DNA of 57,337 nt, counting the filler, from Bipalium vagum (taxonomy: Eukaryota), in the NCBI GenBank assembly GCA_037834085.1. It is 3 parts of 3 records of this genome, joined end to end, with 100 filler letters (N's around TTAATTAATTAA, not from the genome) between each part and the next. Parts side by side here need not be neighbours in the genome. Positions count along the whole stretch, not along the records: positions 1 to 19,247 come from JBBMKC010004183.1; positions 19,348 to 35,332 come from JBBMKC010134559.1; 1 more part is not named here. The stretch is one strand, 5' to 3'. This document shows positions 10,411 to 26,300 of this stretch, piece by piece (position 1 is the stretch's first letter; each line of letters starts with the position of its first letter). The notes beneath the pieces were generated by a model. The model did no database searches and was not told the DNA's origin. It worked only from the letters and a program-made list of their open reading frames with translations. The position numbers and the translations under genes were made by a program.

Positions 10411-13400
10411 ATTTTGGAAGTATTTTTTTTGTTATTTTAAAAGCCTCCGAATTTAAAAATTGGAAATAAAACATTTTCTTTAATCAGGGTTTCTATACAA
10501 ATATATGGAATTATTAAGAATAAAGAAAGTCCTACATAGTATTAGGTCAAATAATCGATCTGTTTAACACAAATATTATTTTTTTGATTAATTTTCTGTG
10601 GAATTTTTCAGTAATTATCCGTTAAAGGCGTGTTTATTTATACTTTTTATTTTTGTCTTTATTCTATTTTTAAATAAAATTATTATTTTGTTTTAATTTA
10701 ATATAACTTTTTTCTTTTTTCTAAAATAAATTACATTAAAAAAATTATATTTAAATATATAATTTAGTATACAATTTTTATATAGTATTATAAAAAATAA
10801 AATTTGAATTTTTTTTTATTTTACATATGATATCAAAGTCAATAAAATTAATTGATTGACACTTTTTATTAATATTTTACTTTAAGAAATTCATTGATTT
10901 TTTTATTATATTTTTAAAACATATTTAACTGTTAAAATTATAAAATATAAATAAAAAAATATATAAATATTTTTTTTTAGTTTAATATTTTGACAATTGT
11001 AAATTATTTGAAAAATAAACAAATACAAAAAAATACAAAGTATTCTCTCATTCCGGATGGTTTTCTCAAACTATGAAAAATCCTGAAAATAAAATTTTTA
11101 ATAAACTAACTATTTTTTGTGAAAATAACAGAACGATTTAATATAATATAAAACTATTATAAACAATCTGGCGATATTTTGACGAGAAAATTATATAAAA
11201 AAATAATTTTTAATACTAAATTTTGTAATATTAAAATTCATTGTCACTTGTAATGCAATTAAATCAATGAATTTGCACGTGTTATCTACATTTAAATAAA
11301 AAAAATAAATATTAAATAAACAAAAATTGAAAATATATAAAAAATTTAATTAGTGGTACCATCGTGGTTAATAAAAGTATTGATTATTATTATTTTTGGA
11401 TATTTTGGAATCGAGTTTATTAGCGATACAAAAGAGTACAAAACAATACATACTGCTGACCAATTAAAATGAGAAATTAAAGCTTAATTAGTTTTAAATG
11501 CATTTGCAGAAGCTGAATATTTTTTGCCTAATTTTACTAAAATAAATGAAAAATATTCATTTATATCGGATTTTTTACAACCGAGATGTTTTGAGTGCAA
11601 AAGAAATATTTTCGGTTTACTTATCGATTAGATCGGATGGCAATCATTTGATCTGCAGTTGACAAGGTACAGAATCAGAATTTGTGCAAAACAGAATCCT
11701 GTAAAATGACAGAAAATGAAAATATTGGGGTCGAATCTCAGCCGTCAACGGTTTCGCGTTTGAATGTGGGTTTCCAAACTTGTTAAGTTGTCGAGATGAA
11801 AACAAAAAAGAAATTGAACAGTTACAATGGGTATATTAGATCAACTTTTCATTTGAGCAATTGAATTAAGCAAATGAATATTAATGTTCAGATCTGCAGT
11901 TTAACACCCTTTGTTATTATTGCCACATAATCTTACGCATTATTCTATATACTTCATGATATCTTTCAAATTGAGTTGTATCAACTGGTCTTTGTTTTCG
12001 AAAACTTTGTGATATAATTATTTTTTGTGCAATTGTTTGTCAAGAAATACTTAAAATCCAAAAAAAATTCCCAATACAAAGATCCTATGTTGTCTTACAT
12101 TAACAACCTTTAATGATACATTATCAGATCTTTCATCAAGCGAAAACAGGTTACAACTGATGGTCACTTTTCAAAGGATATAATATCCGGTCACAAAAAA
12201 CCCATTAAACTACTTTTTTTTAAATTAAAATTTTGACAATTTTTTTTATAAATAAAGAATTTTATTAATGAACATTATTTTAATAAAAATTCACCATTTG
12301 CAATTATCCACATTCAGTAAATTAATTACATTAAGTACAATATTTGTATCACTTTGTTATTTGTTGTCATAGAAACCAATATTTATAAAAACTGAAAATT
12401 TGAATCGACTCTTCAAACTATTAAAAACATATTAACTATGTACAAGTGACAAAAAGAAATTTTCCTTAACAGATTTGACAAATTTAGACATTTTCCTTCT
12501 GAAGGACATTAAAATGAGCATTATTTTTAGTATTATATATATATATAAATTTATGAGAATTGTATTAAAAAATAAAAATCTTCCTTGAATTATGATCATT
12601 ATTAACGAATCCAGACATTATCTATAAACATTATATTTTTTATATTATTATAATTTCTAAAATAATAATTAATCGATTAAATTTTTTTAATAAAAGCAAA
12701 AAATAAAAATATTTTTTTGAAATATCATTCGAAACGTTAACCAATTTTCAAAAAAAGTTTCAAAAGAAAAAAATCAATAATTAGAAAAACGAGTATTTTT
12801 TCAACATGATAAAATCGATTATGTCATCATCAGATTAGAAAAAGAATTAATTTGATATTTTTATACTTTATTAATTTTAATTATTATTATAAGAAATAAT
12901 AATATTGATATTATAAGAAAATTTTTTATTACTAATATCATTACAATTTATTAATAGCGACCTTTTTAAAAAAAGTATTATATTTGTAAATACTTTGTTA
13001 TTTTAAAAGAAAAAAAGTCTCAAATTATGAAATTTTAAATATTTTAGTTAAGACAACAATATACAGGACTGATAACCGAATGTTAATAAAAACCCTTTTC
13101 CACCGAGATCATATTCTCAGAACTTTGGGTCTGCCAGCTCGTTTTAACAAAAAAATTTTTATTTTAATATTACAGAAAATTTATTTATTAATATTTAGAG
13201 AATAAAACAATGTTCCTCAAAGACTTTCAAAAACAACGGTCTTGGAAGAAAACTTGAAATCCATATTATGTAAGACCTATATCATGTTATCCAGTCGAAC
13301 ATGATATTAAAATTTTCATAATTTAAAATATAATATTAAAAAAGAGGAAAAAATATATTTCTTGGACGAATAAAGATGATAAACATAAAATTATAAATGT

Positions 13401-13486
13401 CATTTACCTGCCAAGCCGGGAAAATATAAAAAAATACTATATAAAAAAGGAATAGTTGTATTTCTCAAAATATATAAAAATGATTT

Positions 13487-15022
<1,536 letters not shown>

Positions 15023-15108
15023 TTATATTTCAAGTAAAATAAAAATACGAAAATAATATATTTTAAATATATATTAAAAAAACAAATTTATAATATATTT
15101 AATTTAAT

Positions 15109-15155
15109 TAAAATATATTTTAATCCAACTAAAATATATTTTAATCCAACTAAAA
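15109..15155. repeat. 21-bp tandem duplication just upstream of the S6K ATG
   Basis: TAAAATATATTTTAATCCAAC twice, followed by TAAAAT. Confidence 0.8.
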
Positions 15156-16911
15156 TTGGATAATTGCTAAGATTTGTTGCGAATTTTAAAAGTAAATTGA
15201 CGGTTTCTTTCATCATTAATGAATTAAATCAGATTTTATACTGAATAAAAATAAATTAATTTCAATTAATAAAAATTATTTTAAAAAAATTATTTTTACT
15301 TAATTTAATGTTGAATTTTAATTTTAAAAGTAAATGAACATAATAGTTATTATTTTTCTCAGAAAAAATTATTGATTTATCTATTATAAATTTTTATTGA
15401 TTTTATATATTAAAAAAATGAAAAATAAAATTTTAATAAATATATTGATTATTATATTTATCAAAATTACTGGAAATATATTACTCGTAAAATTAGATAT
15501 ATAAAATAAATTTAATGTTAACGTTTTTGTTTTAAAATTCGATTTTTTTAATTTTAAATGTTATTATTATTATCCTATGAAATATTACACTTAAACTTCC
15601 TTACTATATTTAATAAACTTTTTAGGATTAATATTGAACTTCACTGAACTGATTCAAAAATAGAAACTATTTTCTGAAAGCGAAACTTTGCTGCTGGAAT
15701 TCTTTGAGATTTTTTCAATATATATAACATCATTTATTTTATCATAATAACTGTTAATGATATTATATAAGAGATTTTCATACCAGCTTATGTTTAATTA
15801 AGCAGCTCACGTTCTTTTTCTTAACGGTACAGAAAACAACGAAACCCACTTTCGTCGAAATATAACTCTCTGTATCAAGTTTTAAATGTTAATTTTATAA
15901 TGATTAAATTAACTGGGTTTTAAAAACTAAAACTTATTCAAAAATTTTTAAATAATAAAAAGTAATTATTATTGGTGTTGATATATTTCAAGATATTAAA
16001 TACCAACAAAAAAATCTTAAAATATTCGTAACAAAAATTTTATTTTTCAAATTGGGAATCAACAACATTATTGTCACAATTTTAGTATACATTTAACAAA
16101 AAAAGAGATTAAAGAAATAATAATAAAGATATTCATAATAAATATAAATACATTACATTTAAGTTCCTAAAAAATTAAGAAATTTAAATAAAGAATTTTT
16201 TCTTATTTTCCGTACTCATTATTATATTTAGATAATTTATTTTTTAAACAATAATTTATTTAGAACGTACATGAGTTATGAAGCATAGGTTTTGGTTTTG
16301 ATTGAAAAGTACATTCACAAAGAAATTTATAGATTTATTAGACGCGGAAAAGTTTATTATTATTATAAAAATACAAAATTCAACTACTGTCAAATTTAGA
16401 AGAGTAACACGGGAAATTCCATTTGGCCGTTTAATTTTAATGTCTGGATTATGTAACAATTAATTGAGCAATTTTAATTCCAATAAGTGTAAAAATTATT
16501 TAAGATTTTTTCCGAAAAAACTTAGAGAAAGAAAATATACATATCCTTCATTATAAAAGTTGGCAGTTCTGTACTGATGACAGTAAAGAGCAAACCACGA
16601 ATCCACAAAGTTGCAACCTTTACAACTTCAATCAAACAAAGTTCTTTGAGATCATAGATTAATAATTCCGAAACAACTTCAAACAGTCCATTTCAGATGA
16701 AGAATAGGAGACATAGGCAGTAATGTCGCTACATTTATAACATTACCTTATATTGTTTTAATACAGCTGACGTGCTTCTACAAACTGAAAATGCAGTGTA
16801 AATGCTGTTAAATATATTTATTTCTTTTTTCATAAGTAAAAAAGCCAGGAAAACCTTGGTATGATGTTATACTATGGAGGACAAAATCGTTATGTAACAA
16901 ATATCTGCACT

Positions 16912-17298
16912 TACAGTCGGCGCTCAGTTATTTGAACGCTTAGTTATTTGAACTTTCAGTTATTTGAATAATTTTTTGAAAAAAAGCTGGAAGATCATGG
17001 ATTTTTTTAAAAATAAATTTTATTTGTAATTGAGTTATTTCAATAATTGAGTTATTTGAACTTTTTTGAAATCCCCACGAGTTCAAATATTAGGGGTTTT
17101 AATTAATTTCCGCCGTTTTTAGAACAAAAAGAACATTTATTTTTACTACAATCATAAAAAATAGATTAGTCAAAATATTTTCCTTCACTTTCTATTACTT
17201 TTAACCATCTTTCTGGTAAAAGCTGGATTCCTTTGCGATAAAACTCCTTGTCCTTAGAACAAATAATAATAATAATTAATAACTGAGCGCCGACTGTA
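16912..17298. mobile_element. pogo/Tigger-type MITE carrying a nested mariner 3' end
   Basis: TA-CAGTCGGCGCTCAGTTATT ... AATAACTGAGCGCCGACTG-TA inverted termini; repeated GTTATTTGAA motifs. Confidence 0.88.
17088..17262 (-). mobile_element. Mariner transposase C-terminus plus terminal repeat
   Basis: SKDKEFYRKGIQLLPERWLKVIESEGKYFD*, followed by a TIR similar to the one at about 45999. Confidence 0.85.
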
Positions 17299-18579
17299 TA
17301 TGATTTATTGCTTCAAAACCAACGTATGAGTTTTGGTCATTTACATAAAATGTAATATCAGTGATCATGAATTTAAGATCAAAAAGTACATCTATCGATG
17401 TACTATCCAGCTCTGCTTAGCATTGATTTCTCTCAAATCCAATGGTAACTTACTGAAAAACTTTGAAAATTTCCGAAGACCAATCTTTTGCTATTTCCAC
17501 ATCTCCTTTGAATTGTTCTGCCCCTCTTTAATTTCAATTTTAATTATTCTGCTTTTATCACTCTTGTTACCTGACAATTTTTTCTGAGTTCTTTGGAGAA
17601 ATCGTTTTTATTTTTAGACAATTTTTGAAACAGTAACTTAATTTTACTATTTTTAGAGTTACCACAAATTGTATTCTGAAGACTTGTCCAATTTTTAAGA
17701 TGTTTTTATAATTTTAATATTATCAGTATTACATTTTAATTATCACATTTTACAAGACGTAAACACAAAAGTAAATGGATCACTTATTTTCAATAATGGT
17801 TTTAACACAACAATAATTATTTTAACACATTATTACGCATCATAAATATAGATTTTTTCAATTTGAATATGTTCGGATATATTTTCGTCTTTTGGATTGA
17901 AATTTCTGTTTTTCATTTTCTATTTTCATGCTCGTAAACTCAGCAGACCCAGGCTAGTGTGGGAATACCATCAGTGATGACCGTAGAGTACACTATCAAA
18001 TGAGATCTACCATGTGACATCGTCAACGAAGGGATTAAATCTGTGTTTTAACTGGAATTCAACCCAGTTCTCTGGTTAAATATCAACCGGTTTTGGTCTA
18101 CCATTATCTTATATCTTCTCATTGGTAATGGGTAGAAGACAATCACAGCAATATGTCATCACCACTAATCTTTTATGAAGTGGAATTCAAGGATAAAAAA
18201 GTGTAAATGATTTTCGGGAGCTCCTATCAGATCGTCTCTAGCATTGAGGATGCAACAGCGATGATTAAAAGTCCAACTCAATTTTGAAGCCTGGTTCAAG
18301 GTGTGGTAAAAGCCTAATGCCTCCATTCTATTTTACGAAATTTTTTTTACAAGGAAATATTTGTTCAAGATAATAGATTAAAACTATTTGCTTTAACAAA
18401 TCGTCGTCGCTTTGATAGTTTTTTGAATAATTGAGTGCCAATTGACTGTATGGTCATCTTTATTGCTTCCATTCTTTCACGCAATGAGGACCCATCAGGA
18501 TATCCATTTTCAGCTTGTTTATTTTTATTTGTTCTCGGTAATTCCTCAAGCATTTGTTCTGTAAGATTAGGATTCTTTT

Positions 18580-19100
18580 CTTTGTTTTACTTGATCGTGG
18601 CTCACATTTTGATTTCCATTCCTCTCTTTTTAATTTCGACTAAGTATCATGCACGAAGAACCAAGATTCGTCACCGGTAATGATCTTTTCAAAAAAAATT
18701 TTTTTGAACATGATATTTTCACTGTGTCTAACATTCGATCTTCCTCAGTCTTGTCAGAAGTATCAGCAACATTTGGACAATTTTTGCATATATAATTTTT
18801 TCATCTCTAAGTGATTTGTTAGAATATTGTGCGCAAACTTTTGTTACCAAACATTCAAGCAAATAATCGAAAATCAAAAAGCACTACACACCGCACACGT
18901 TCAATGCTTTCATCAAAATTTGAAGAAGATGATCTTCCTGACCTTGTAACATCCACAGTGTCCTCACGATCATCCATGTAAATAGTTTTTGTATTTGGAG
19001 TGTTATCTTCAAAAGCACTATAAAATTTCATCAATTTCAAGAAATTTTTCCAAAATTTGACAAAGAATTTATATTTTGTCCTATGTTTTCATTGACACCC
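18580..19100 (-). mobile_element. Degenerate mariner transposase (HTH to first catalytic D)
   Basis: RSGRSSSSNFDESIERVR..VLFDFRL, TKVCA, IITGDESWFF; stops and frameshifts. Confidence 0.8.
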
Positions 19101-19247
19101 ATCGTTTGTGCCAGAAATTGTTTCTAAAAAATTTTTAAAAATATTATGTTAATAACAATTCTGACCAAAAATAAAACAAACTAAGAAAGACCTTGGTGAA
19201 TCTGCGCATAAATGCAAAAATTGAGGCGAAGCAAAAAATAAAACATC

Positions 19248-19347
19248 NNNNNNNNNNNNNNNNNNNNNNNNNNNNNNNNNNNNNNNNNNNNTTAATTAAT
19301 TAANNNNNNNNNNNNNNNNNNNNNNNNNNNNNNNNNNNNNNNNNNNN
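19248..19347. other. Assembly gap spacer (N44-TTAATTAATTAA-N44)
   Basis: Exactly 100 nt; palindromic six-frame-stop linker; identical to the spacer at 35333. Confidence 0.97.
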
Positions 19348-20353
19348 GTTATGGCTGTGAGGCGGTTGAGGAAGTAGTTTCTACCCCAAATTCCTTAATT
19401 TTTTCATGGACGTGTTTCGGACTTGAGATCACGCATTATCATGAAGAAATCACGGAAGTTGGATCGATCCATTTGTTTTATAGAGCTCGGATAACCCTTT
19501 TCAATTTTTCACAATAAACATTGACATTTACTCTTTCACCTTGTTTGAGCATTTCAAAATGAACCAATCCTCGAGAATTCCACCACAAATAGGACATCAT
19601 CTGTTTCGGTGCATTGGAGCCTTTGGAACTCTTAGGCAGATTGATTTGCTGCCATCCATTATCTTTTAGCATGAAGATTATTAAAAGAGATCCATGTCTT
19701 ATCTGACATCAGAATTGATTCCCAGAAACCGGAGATTTTCGACATTTTGAGCAGAATTGACCTCATAACTATCCTAATAGTTTTATTTTCAGACATGAAA
19801 GCGTGTAGAATTCATGTACCACAAAGATTACTTTTTCCAGGAAAATGCAAATGCCTGATAATTATGACATGGTCATATTTGAATACTTCTGCCAATCTTA
19901 GTCCCGTTAATGTTGGATCTTCTTCAATTAATTTCAAAAGATCATCAACATTCAATTCCTGTGGACGCACTTCACGATTTTCGTCATTCAAATCTTCATT
20001 CTCTTCTTTAAATCCTTGGAATCATTTTGTACAATTTGTATATCCAATGACATCATCATCATCATAAGCTTTGCAAACATCTGCATGAGAAATCTTTGGA
20101 GTTTTGCCAATCTTGAAATCATAAAGAAGAAATGCGCGAATTTTGAATTTTGAACCTGTCATTTCTAAAATCACGTTTATATAAAGATTAATATAAAAAA
20201 TATGTAATTAATTAATTAATTATTCAATATAAAAATTGAGATCAATAAAGATTAGTATTACATAGTTTTATCAAAAAGTACTACATTTCCTAAAGAAATA
20301 CTGCTGACCATATGAAGTAAAGCTGATTGCATTACTGTTGCACCAACCTCATA
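19348..20353 (-). mobile_element. Degenerate mariner (cecropia/Hsmar1-like)
   Basis: TIR TATGAGGTTGGTGCAACAGTAATG; IRAFLLYDFK, WWNSRGLVHFEMLKQGERVN..YC, FLHDNA, LPQPPHS; multiple stops; truncated by the gap. Confidence 0.9.
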
Positions 20354-21548
20354 TTTAAAATTAATCAAGCAATTTGTTTTATAAAAAAACATTTTAACTA
20401 CTGATAAAACACCTTAGAATAATATATTAATTAAAAGTTAATTAACGAGAAAAATATAATATTTCTATTGGTTGGCCTTATCAAATTTTAGTACTGACCA
20501 ACAACAGAATTTTCATTTATTATCATCTATTATGAATTTCTATGGTTTTGCTCTTTCTTTTATATATTGTAGGTTACTTTTATAATATTTTTTACAAATA
20601 ATTCAAAGTTATTTCTGCATCTTAGGCATTTTCGTGTTCAGTTTCATAGTGGAAACTGCCGATGAATATGGTCAAAACTTTCCAAATCTGAACACCTTTC
20701 GGTTTGGAATAAGTGAGTCTTATCATTGAACCTGACTTATCATTTAATAATAACCTTCGTTTTATTATTCCGTTTAGGTTCTAAATTATAAAACTGTCTC
20801 AATTTTTACAGCATTTATTAAAATTATATTTAATATATAATTATTTTTTTTATTTAATGTTTATTTTATTATCAAAATTATTTCCGAGATATTATTCCGA
20901 TTTCGTTATTATTGTAAAAGGTGCATGATATTTCCCATGTTAATATTTTGAAATATAAGCAAGCTCGTGGACATCCCCATATCTTAACCGTTCTCTGTTT
21001 CTGATAAATTGCTTATTTTCAAAATTTAATACATTAATTATTATTTTTACTTATCTTAACTTACCGATATGTGAAGTACAAATACTATTTTGACTTAATT
21101 AGAACAAAGTTTACTTTAAAAATTTACTTATTTAATAAAACAAATAATTTAAAATAAATAATATTAAATGATTAATCTAAGGTTAATTTGAAAAAAGAAT
21201 AATTACAACACTTAACAAGTTAAATATTTCAGCATTTTTTCTTCATTTTGTTTTATTGCACTAAAACTCATCTGCAATTCAATAATTATTTAAATCGAAT
21301 ATGATTATAAAAAATTAGTGAGAAAAAGTGAAAAATGCTTTCACAGTGCACTTATTTTCAGATTTTAAACTTTATTTTGTATTCAAATTATAAATAAAGG
21401 TAGGGATTATTTTTTTATCTTACCTAACGAATATTTACCTTAGTCAATATATTGTATAAAAAAACTTTAATGACAAATCTATTTACTAAAGCTGTGGGAG
21501 TTAACGACTAATTAATCGATAATTTTAATTTGTTTGTATATTACATGT

Positions 21549-22335
21549 TACAAAGGTTGTCTTAAGGTTTGCATAGAGACATAAAAATAAAGCAAAGAGG
21601 ATTGAAAATGTTTTATTGCTTTTCAAAATATTCTCCACAAAGATTTATACACTTTCCCATGCGTTGAAATCAATTGTGAAAGCAATTATTCCATTTATCA
21701 GTTGTAATACCAAAAATTTCCAATTTGAACATTTCGATTTCCTCTTCCGGTGACTTGAGCCGTTGGCCACGAAGTTTATTCTTCATGTTTGGAAATGTGA
21801 AAAATACATTTGGACGTAGGTCAGGACCATGTGGTGGATGACCCAATAATTCTATATTTTGAGATGATAAAAATATGTTATTGCTAGAGCTGTATGTGAA
21901 CTAGAATTGTCGTCATGAAGTATGATTCTCCGTTTCATATTTGTTCTTCGAAAAACTGAAAATATTTATAATTTATTATTGTATGGCAAATGTATTGTTG
22001 TATGTCTTGCGCAGTAACCGTTTTTCGATTTTGTAAAGAAATTGTAGAGATATGGCCTGCTTTTTGAGACAAACGGTACGATCATCTGATTTGAGAAACT
22101 GCTAGAACGGGTAACCTTTATCTGATTTTCCTCAGATTGGAATACCCAAACACAAAATTGATTTTTCTTTTCAGGCTTGTACGAATAAATCTGTGATTCG
22201 TTACCACTGACAATATTGTACATATTTTTTGAGTTTCCATTGTTGTGTCTATTCCAGGGTTTTTGGCACCAGTTCACTCGAGATACTTTTTGTTCATCAG
22301 TTAGGAGATTAGGGATCAAAGGGGAAACTAACTTC
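21549..22335 (-). mobile_element. Degenerate mariner (DD34D), 3' two-thirds
   Basis: IPNLLTDEQKVSRVNWC, IVSGNES.IY, LHDDNSSSHT, HPPHGPDL, KCINLCGEYFEKQ*, then a TA-flanked end. Confidence 0.88.
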
Positions 22336-22419
22336 CTCGTAAATCACTTATTTTCATTTGAAACAAATTTACAAATGAAATTTAGTTGAGCTTAACAAAC
22401 TTAAAAGAATGAAAATGTT

Positions 22420-23385
22420 AAATATTACTTACTGTCAATAATAAGTGCTGCTCGTTTTGTCCTAATAACTGCTGCAGCCACTTTCAAAATCTTCCAATTA
22501 TAAATAGTTAGTACAAAATTCTTTAAAAATTAATAAAAATATCAATTGTTTCCTTCGAATAAATTGATACCGCTTTACTTAAAATTCCCGAACCTTCCAA
22601 ACTGACCTTGGATCTGACCTTGGGTCTGATCCCGTCTTCAATACTTTCCAATCGAATAATCATATATAAATTATGTTTACCTCTCCCAAATTGGTTTAGA
22701 TCGCCGTTGAAAAAATAAATTACGCCAGAATATACGAAATAATCAATAAAATACATATTACTGGAAAAATTTACAGCTTTAGATATCTGTGGAGTTGAAG
22801 AAGTAATATTGGTGAAGCTATGGTCTGCCCATATAGAAAATAAAGAGACCGGAGAAAGAGCTTGTTGAAAGATATGTTCATGAACTTTTGATAAAAGAAT
22901 CATTTTGAAAAATAAAATCAAAAAAATAAACCGTTTTTTGTTGAGAGAGTTCTAACGAAGGGGCGCCCATTGAATTATTACCGTTGGAAATTTGTGACTT
23001 GTTACAATTGTATTCTTTATGTAACAAATAAAATATCAGCTGAACATTGTAGTGTTAATATATTTTCTTTGAGATTTTGTTTAATTGTTTAAAGTGACAA
23101 ACTGGTCAAAAACGGACAATATCAATACCCATGGGGAAAGTTATATCAGGAGTCCATTGTAAAATACTGTTCAACGTTTCAATGGGAATAGATTCCTCTG
23201 GTACCCATTAGCGTATTTTTTCATGTAACATTAAATTCATAGGACATGTCATGTTTTTTCACCGAATATCCAACATTGGTGTCACTTGATCCAAATCTTC
23301 TATGAAAAATTCACAATTTTTAAAAAAAATCACGGTTTTGATAAGTAAAAATGAGAACAAAATTAACTGGGGCATCATATCTCTA
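22420..23385 (-). pseudogene. Disrupted gene with FG-GAP / integrin-alpha-like motifs
   Basis: Signal-peptide-like start (MMPQLILFSFLL); across different frames RFGSS, VGYSV, LMGTRGIY, GAPS...VYFF, SGVIYFFNG, SKAVSIYSKETIDI. I could not build a continuous spliced ORF. Confidence 0.3.
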
Positions 23386-26300
23386 ACTAAATAGTGTCGC
23401 CTGTGAGATTTTATGATAATTTAAAATTTAATCATAAACAAAATCACTTAATAAAAATAATAAATATTGTTTTAATAATACAATTATTTCATTAATTGGA
23501 TTGGCATGGTCACTCTGGAAGAAAATCGAAAATATCCTCGGTTAAGAAATATTGAGGAAAATATGGAGTATCACTTTTCTTAAAATATTAAATTAATATT
23601 TATTTATTACTTTTTTTTTAAAATTGATTTTTATATTTAAAATTTATTTTATTTTAGATTATTCTTTTAAATTCCTTTATTAAAACAAATTTTTTATTCA
23701 ATTTTTGTTTAAAATTCAGTGGTCAGCAAACCAGGTTAAATTATTATTTAAGAAAATTAAAATAGAGATCACTTGTATTTATGAATCGATTTTAAATAAG
23801 GAAAAATCGATAAAATATCAATAAATGTTATTTCTCTTTCTTATCTTTCTTTGTTCGTAAAACATAAAGTTCCTGAATACATTTTGAAATTGACCTATTC
23901 GTGTTTCCCGCCATTTTTACTAATTTTAATAATAATTTATTATTATGAAAATTGGAAATTATAAATATATTTTTAAATATATTATTATTATTAAATTTTT
24001 GTATAATTTAAAATGAAATTTTCATATCAAGCTCTTTTCTGTTTGTTATTATTCCACTAAAAATTGTGGATCGAGCCATATTTTGCACACTTCGTTATGA
24101 AAATATTTATTATATATATATATTATATAATATTATATAATATAATATATTTTTAAAATTATTAAAAAATTATACAACCTTTTCCTGCCCATACATTATG
24201 GGTTATATTTCCATTTTTATATTCCGCAAAAAGATAAACTTTCCAAAATGAAATTTTATTTTTCGGATTATTTTTTAAAAATATATTTCAACGCATTAAA
24301 TATTATTATTTTATCACCAAATTTCTCCTATTAAAATCGATTTAGTGCACTTTATTTATTATTTTATTAATTTAAAGTTAATAATTCTATATAAGCATGA
24401 AAATGCGAACACAACTCCGTTATAAAACCAGTTTGGTCTTTCATTTCGACTTAGGACACGTCTGAGGTCTATACTCAGTTAATGAAGAGAAATGATAACA
24501 GTGTCTTTGGGAAAATTAAATTATTGATGTATATTATTTCAGATAATGAAAGATTTATCCCTAGAGTAAATCGGAATGGGGGAATGTCGCAGAATTCCAA
24601 ACGACTCCTTTATTCAAAGTTAGAAATAAAAATTATTATTATACTTTTACATCACTGTTTGTAATTGGTGATAAATTTACATTATTATTATTTCTATAAA
24701 AATAATTTATATTCGTTAATAAACAAAAACTAATTAATAGGTTTTTTTATTGATCTATTAATAAAAAAAAATATCATTAATTTATAAATCAATAGACTAT
24801 AAATATTAAATATTTTATAAATAAAAATTAATGTGAAATTTATGAATATATTGATTAGTTTTAAAATTAAGAGAATTCCAAATAGTGACTCGGGCAATAA
24901 AAAATATTTTACAAGACATGTTTCCTAAAATAGACACTTTGGATTGTGTGAGTTTTTAGTAAGACTACAGCCTAAAAAAAAACAATTGTCTTAATAAATT
25001 TATTCGTCTTCTATTTCAAATCCATTCAGTACTTCGGAAACACCGATTGCTAGATCTGATAATTTTATATATTTTAAATTAAATAATATTCCGTACAAAT
25101 CATCCTTTGCTCTATGCCATTCACTAATATCAGGGCATTGTCAACTGAATTGTAAATGTTTTCCTTGTTATAATAAGATTTCCTTAAATAAATTGTTATT
25201 TAACTCATTTTAAATAAATTTATTCGAACGCATTATTAAAACAATGTTGGTTAATAAAAATTAGTGCCACTATTAAAAGGTGTTACTAATTTTTTTTTAA
25301 TGGGACACTATTTTGAGGTATCCGTTAATTATAAAAAATAATCAATTAGGTGAATTTTTAAAAATATTTTTTTTGTAGAAATAATGTTTCCAATCAATAA
25401 TTAAACATTATTTTGTATATTATTCCGAGAAGAATGATGACTTCAACTTTACTTGAAATCCGTAAAAGTCAATTAGTAAACTATTGATTTTAATATGATA
25501 ATGTTGGTGCAAAACGAAGATAAAGTAAAGATAAACAATTTTGCGATCAAAATAAGTAAATGTGAACGATTAAAAAGTGGTGTAAAGATTTTCTTTATAA
25601 AGTTACAAAAAATATGAATACTACTCAAAACTCACTGAAGGAATTTTGTTTCTAAATTTCATAATACATAAGAAGAACAACAGTGAATTAATAATATTAA
25701 TAAAATAATAATAGAAAATATTATTATAGCGGTTTTATTTTTTCCTTCTGAGTCATACAGTCTAATATTATATTATTATTAATATTTCAGATATTTTATA
25801 ATTAAATTATTAGGTAATTAACGTCAAACATTGATGGACCTATCAACTGAAGTAATATTGATTCTCACTTAGGTACTTGTGGAGAGTGGAATTTCCATTT
25901 TATTTTGTTACAAAAAATATTTTTTACAAAACTATACAATTTATCGAATATTAAAATCATTCTTAACTTTCTTAACGTCAAAGATATTAAAAGTTCAGGA
26001 AAATCAATGAATAAATGTAAAGTAGTAAAAAATATCAGAAATATATTTTTTTAATCTTTTGACAAATGAGAAAGAAATTGGAAAAAAAATCATGGAAAAA
26101 TAATAAAAATGCATCTACCGGAAAATCAATATGAATGTTACTTTATTTAAACAGCCCCTTGACATATTATGCTTAGGAGTTCTAGCAGAATGTACGTACA
26201 AAGAGCTTCGTTGTGTGCTGTTTTTCCAACATCGATTAATGATATATTTTCAATAGTAATAGTTCCGCTATGTCTCAATAAATTTCACCACCCTTTTGTA

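Noticed and set aside
11722-11760. GGTCGAATC, similar to a tRNA T-loop
   Set aside because: No cloverleaf or A-box upstream.
19248-19347. Palindrome TTAATTAATTAA centred in both N runs
   Set aside because: Artificial six-frame-stop scaffold linker, not biology. It also means adjacency across the gaps is unverified.
22900-23300. Run of in-frame TGA codons suggesting stop-codon reassignment
   Set aside because: The four reconstructed genes use TGG for conserved Trp and have no internal TGA; the pattern is explained by off-frame reading or decay.
24436-24492. Three-stem arrangement resembling a hammerhead ribozyme
   Set aside because: Neither strand has both CUGANGA and GAAA in the correct positions.
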